Shown here in pieces: positions 59,923 to 64,000 of a DNA stretch of 64,000 nucleotides. Under the pieces are notes generated by a model. The model was given only the letters and a program-made list of their open reading frames with translations, was not told the DNA's origin and searched no databases. Position numbers and translations under genes: made by a program. The DNA is from an uncultured Gemmatimonadaceae bacterium (GTDB lineage Bacteria > Gemmatimonadota > Gemmatimonadetes > Gemmatimonadales > Gemmatimonadaceae), in assembly GCA_963843845.1 (NCBI GenBank), contig CAWJMB010000003.1, forward strand, positions 32,001 to 96,000. Reading direction: 5' to 3'. The number at the start of each line of letters is the position of its first letter. The first letter of the stretch is position 1.

Positions 59923-61053
59923 ATGACGGGGCCGCGCCGAAGCACGCGCACCGATCAGTTCGCGGCGCTGCGCGTGCCGCGTGCGACGGCGGAGCCGCTC
60001 GCCCACGCGACGCCGGCCGCGCGCGACGAGGCGAGCGCCGACGCGGCGCGACTCGAGGCGGCGATCCGCGACGACTTCACCGGCTTCTCGTTCTTTCAGC
60101 TGATCCGGCTGTTGGGTCAACTGCGACCCGCGCGCGCGCCGCTCGGCGAGTGGGCGGACCCGACCGACGAGGTCGCGCGCCTCGGCGTGACGAGCTCGCT
60201 CGCCTTCCCGACGAGCGAGGTCGAGTCGCTGACGCTGCCCCCGCGGGACGACGCGGTGCCGGTGCGGATGCGCGTGAACTTTCTCGGCCTCACGGGATCG
60301 CAAGGGGTGCTGCCGCAGCGCTACAGCGAGCACTCGGCGGAGCGCGCGCGCGCGCGCGACACGGCCTTCCGCGACTTCCTCGACCTCTTTCACCACCGGC
60401 TGCTGTCGCTGTTCTACCGCGCCTGGGAGCAGACGCGCTTTCCGGTCGCGGCGGAGGCGGGGCACGAGGACCGGCTGTACGACCACCTGCTCGACCTCGC
60501 CGGGCTCGGGCTGCCGGAGCTGCGGCGGCGACTGCCGGTGCGTGACGAGGCGCTCGCCTTCTACAGCGGGCCGCTCGCGATGCGCACGCGGCCGGCGGAC
60601 GGGCTCGCGCGGCTCGTCGGCGACTACTTCGACGTCCCGACGACGATCGAGCAGTTCGTGGGCGAGTGGCGTCACGTCGGCGACGCGGGGCAGGCGACGT
60701 TAGGCGGGGACGACCTGCCGAGCCAGCTCGGCTTCGGCGTGCTCGGCGCGGAGATGTGGGATCCGCAGGCGCGGGTGCGGCTGCGGCTCGGGCCGCTGAC
60801 GCGCGAGCAGTTCGACGCCTTCCTTCCCGGCGGCGTGCACTACGAGGCGTTGCGCGCGCTGGCGGATCTGTATGCCGATACGCAGGTTGGGGTCGACGCG
60901 CAGCTCGTGCTGTCGCGCGACGCGATCACCCCGTTCGTTCTCCGCGTGCCGGGCGACGACGAGTCGGGCGTGACCCGGCTCGGTCGCGGAAGCTGGCTCG
61001 TGAGTCGCCCGGCCGCCCGCGACGCGGACGAGACGGTGTTGCAGCTTTGTTGA
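59923..61053 (+). CDS. tssG: T6SS baseplate TssG
   Basis: FSFFQLIRLL, FLGLTGSQGVLP, DFLDLFHHRL, LRLGPL, LGRGSWL. Confidence 0.95.
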   Translation: MTGPRRSTRTDQFAALRVPRATAEPLAHATPAARDEASADAARLEAAIRDDFTGFSFFQLIRLLGQLRPARAPLGEWADPTDEVARLGVTSSLAFPTSEVESLTLPPRDDAVPVRMRVNFLGLTGSQGVLPQRYSEHSAERARARDTAFRDFLDLFHHRLLSLFYRAWEQTRFPVAAEAGHEDRLYDHLLDLAGLGLPELRRRLPVRDEALAFYSGPLAMRTRPADGLARLVGDYFDVPTTIEQFVGEWRHVGDAGQATLGGDDLPSQLGFGVLGAEMWDPQARVRLRLGPLTREQFDAFLPGGVHYEALRALADLYADTQVGVDAQLVLSRDAITPFVLRVPGDDESGVTRLGRGSWLVSRPAARDADETVLQLC

Positions 61054-61102
61054 GAGCCCGGCAGTCCCGGCCATCCCGATTCACTCCTAGGAGATCCCTC
61101 GC

Positions 61103-63912
61103 ATGTCGGTCAACCTGCGCTCGCTCATCGGAAAGCTGAATCCGACCACCCGCGGCGTCGTGGAGGCGAGCGCGGGGCTGTGCCTGTCGCGCACGCACTA
61201 CGACGTCGAGATCGAGCACTTCCTGACGAAGGCGCTCGACGCGACCGACGGCGACCTCGCGGTGATCCTGAAGCACTACGGCATCAATCGCTCGCGTCTC
61301 GCCGACGACCTCGCGCGGGGGCTGGACCGGCTGAAGAGCGGGAACGCGCGGACGCCGACGCTGTCGCCGTCGCTCGTGAAGATGCTGACCGAGGCGTGGA
61401 CGCTGGGCTCGATCGAGTTCGGGGCCCCGCAGGCGCGCGTCGGGCACTGCGTGCTCGCGCTCGTGTCGAACGACGAGCTGGCGCGGATGGCGAAGGACGT
61501 CAGCCGCGAGTTCGAGAAGATCCCGGCCGACGCGCTGAAGAAGGACTTCGTCGCGATCACGGCGCCGTCGACCGAGGCGTCGGCGGAAGTCGGGATGTCC
61601 GGCGGCACGTCCGGCTCGTCGCAGGGCGCGGGCGGCGCGGCGGGGGGCGCACCGAAGGCGGGGGGGCGAACGCCGAACCTCGACTCGTACACGGTCGACC
61701 TGACGGCGCGCGCGAAGGCCGGGAAGATCGACCCGGTCCTCGGCCGCGACGTCGAGATCCGGCAGGTCATCGACATCCTCACGCGGCGCCGGCAGAACAA
61801 CCCGATCCTCGTCGGCGAGGCGGGCGTCGGCAAGACGGCCGTCGTCGAAGGGTTCGCGCTGCGCATCGTGCAGGGCGACGTGCCGGAGCCGCTGCGCAAC
61901 GTGACGCTCCGCACGCTCGACCTCGCGCTGCTGCAGGCCGGCGCCGGCGTGAAGGGCGAGTTCGAGAACCGGCTCAAGGGGCTCATCGACGAGGTGAAGA
62001 ACTCGCCGAGCCCGATCATCCTGTTCATCGACGAGGCGCACACGATGATCGGCGCCGGCGGTGCGGCGGGGCAGAACGACGCGGCCAACCTGCTCAAGCC
62101 GGCCCTCGCGCGCGGCGAGCTGCGCACGATCGCCGCGACGACGTGGGCCGAGTACAAGAAGTACTTCGAGAAGGATCCGGCGCTGTCGCGCCGCTTCCAG
62201 CTCGTGAAGGTGGAGGAGCCGGGCGAGGAGCAGTGCCTGCTGATGATGCGCGGCGTCGTGCCGGCGCTCGAGAAGCACCACAAGGTGCGCATCCTCGACG
62301 ACGGGCTCGACGCGGCGGTGCGGCTGTCGCACCGCTACCTGCCGGACCGGCAGCTGCCCGACAAGGCGGTCAGCGTGCTCGACACGGCGTGCGCGCGGCT
62401 CGCGCTCGGCCAGCAGGCGACGCCGGCCGCGGTCGAAGACGCGCGCGCGCCAGCTCGACGACCTCGCCGTGCAGACGCGCGTGCTCGAGCGCGAGACCGC
62501 GCTCGGCGTCGACCACGCGCGAGCGGCTCGGCGAGATCGCGGCGCGGCGCGCGGCGCTCGAGACGCAGCTCGACGGACTCGCAGGCGCGGTGGGAGGAGG
62601 AGAGCGGGCTGGTGGCGCAGATCGCGCGACGCTGCGCGACGAAGCTCGGAGGCGGCGCACGGCGGTCGAGAACGGCGACGGCGCCGCGGCGCCGACGACC
62701 GGCGGCGCTGCGCGCCGAGCTCGGCGACGCTCAACGAAGCAGCTCGACGCGCATGCAGGGCGAGACCCCGCTGATGCGCGTCGCCGTCGACGCGTCGATC
62801 GTCGGCGAGGTGATCTCCGGCTGGACCGGCATCCCGGTCGGCAAGATGGTGCGCGACCAGCTCTCGACGATGCTGCAGCTCGAGCAGCAGCTCGGCGCGC
62901 GCGTCATCGGGCAGGACCACGCGCTCGAGGTCATCAGCCAGCCGCATGCGCACGACCGCGGCGAAGATCGAGGACCCGAACAAGCCGAAGGGCGTGTTCA
63001 TGCTCGTCGGCCCGTCGGGCGTCGGCAAGACCGAGACCGCGCTCGCGCTGGCCGACCTGCTGTTCGGCGGCGAGCAGAACATGATCACGATCAACATGAG
63101 CGAGTTCCAGGAGGCGCACACGGTCTCCACGCTCAAGGGCTCGCCGCCGGGCTACGTCGGCTACGGCGAAGGCGGCGTGCTCACCGAGGCCGTGCGCCGC
63201 CGCCCGTACTCGGTCGTGCTGCTCGACGAGGTCGAGAAGGCGCACCCGGACGTGCTCGAGCTGTTCTTCCAGGTGTTCGACAAGGGCGTGATGGACGACG
63301 GCGAGGGGCGGGAGATCGACTTCAAGAACACGATCATCATCCTGACGACGAACGCCGGCACGGAGACGATCATGACGCTCACGGCGGACCCGGAGACGAC
63401 GCCGAACGACGGAGGGGCTGGCGAAGGCGCTCAAGCCGGAGCTCGACAAGGTGTTCAAGCCGGCGTTCCTCGGGCGCATGGTCATCATCCCGTACTTCCC
63501 GGTGCGCGACGAGAACCTGAAGCAGATCGTGCGGCTCAAGCTCGGAGAAGATCGAGCGGCGGCTGCGCGAGACGCACAAGATCGCGCTCGTGTACGACGA
63601 CGACGTTGGTCGACGCGGTGGCGGCGCGCTGCACCGAGGTCGAGAGCGGCGCGCGCAACGTCGACAACATTCTCAGCGAACACGATGCTGCCGCGAGGTG
63701 TCGCGGCTGCATGCTCGAGACGATCGCCGGCGGCGACCGCACGGGCGTCGATCCGCGTCACGGTCGGCGACGACGGCGAGCTGTCGTACGACGTCACGCC
63801 GGTCGCGAAGGACGGCGCCGCACGCGGGGCCGGTGACGGGGGCGGCGGCGAGCGCGTGGGCGTGAACCCGGCGGCCGGGAGCGAGACGCTCGCGGCCACG
63901 GGCGCGGGCTGA
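61103..63912 (+). CDS. tssH: T6SS AAA+ ATPase ClpV/TssH; several frameshifts
   Basis: [56 protein letters not shown]. Confidence 0.95.
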
Positions 63913-63915
63913 CCC

Positions 63916-64000
63916 ATGGCCCCGCCGGAGCTCACCCAGAGCGGGCGGCCGATCCAGGTCACTCGGAGCCCGCTGTCGGACATCAACGCGCTGATCGCGA
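63916..64000 (+). CDS. probable start of VgrG/TssI, truncated by window edge
   Basis: MAPPELTQSGRPIQVT resembles VgrG N-termini and directly follows clpV; only 28 codons visible. Confidence 0.5.
   Translation, partial: MAPPELTQSGRPIQVTRSPLSDINALIA

Noticed and set aside
61103..63912. ClpV acting as the ATPase partner of the nearby ClpP
   Set aside because: No IGF/LGF-type ClpP docking loop seen after the second AAA module ([11 protein letters not shown])
1..64000. tRNA, rRNA, integrase or transposase genes
   Set aside because: None recognised by eye; covariance-model and HMM scans would be needed to exclude small RNAs

Overview
Very GC-rich bacterial DNA. Gene content and style suggest Gemmatimonadota (Gemmatirosa-like); this is inference, not a database result. 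Many genes carry scattered 1-nt frameshifts typical of an unpolished long-read assembly. From left to right: (i) 1-17 kb, accessory genes: 3' end of an outer-membrane barrel protein, OafA-type acyltransferase, ABC transporter, LVIVD protein with a decayed DUF305 neighbour, PhnB/VOC protein, M28 peptidase, Zn alcohol dehydrogenase, Cys/His-repeat secreted protein, DinB, a histone-like protein, a PEP-CTERM protein and msrB. (ii) 17.5-25 kb, a candidate megaplasmid/chromid replication-partition locus: a ParB-HTH-only protein, three copies of the palindrome (T/C)GTCCAACGTTGGACA (non-canonical parS candidate), parA, parB, a convergent replication initiator with a DnaA-N-like tail, an AT-rich quasi-palindrome and a double winged-HTH gene. 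(iii) 25-34 kb: CsgG-like lipoprotein, beta-barrel, giant Cys-rich repeat lipoprotein, a second CsgG-like protein and a Ser/Thr kinase. (iv) 34-40 kb: glpK, a SoxC/SoxD-like pair, a YeiH exporter and clpP. (v) 40-64 kb, a type VI secretion cluster (tssM, L, K, K2, B, C, hcp, tagJ, A, E, F, G, clpV and the probable start of vgrG) with no tssJ in the window and three unusual embedded genes: a kinase-N-lobe/Pro-rich membrane protein with repeated E(F/Y)TRM(F/I) motifs, an orphan protein, and a methyltransferase with a PqqD-like tail. The non-palindromic word CGTTAGGC is strikingly frequent, and variants form 11-bp-phased arrays on both sides of tssM.
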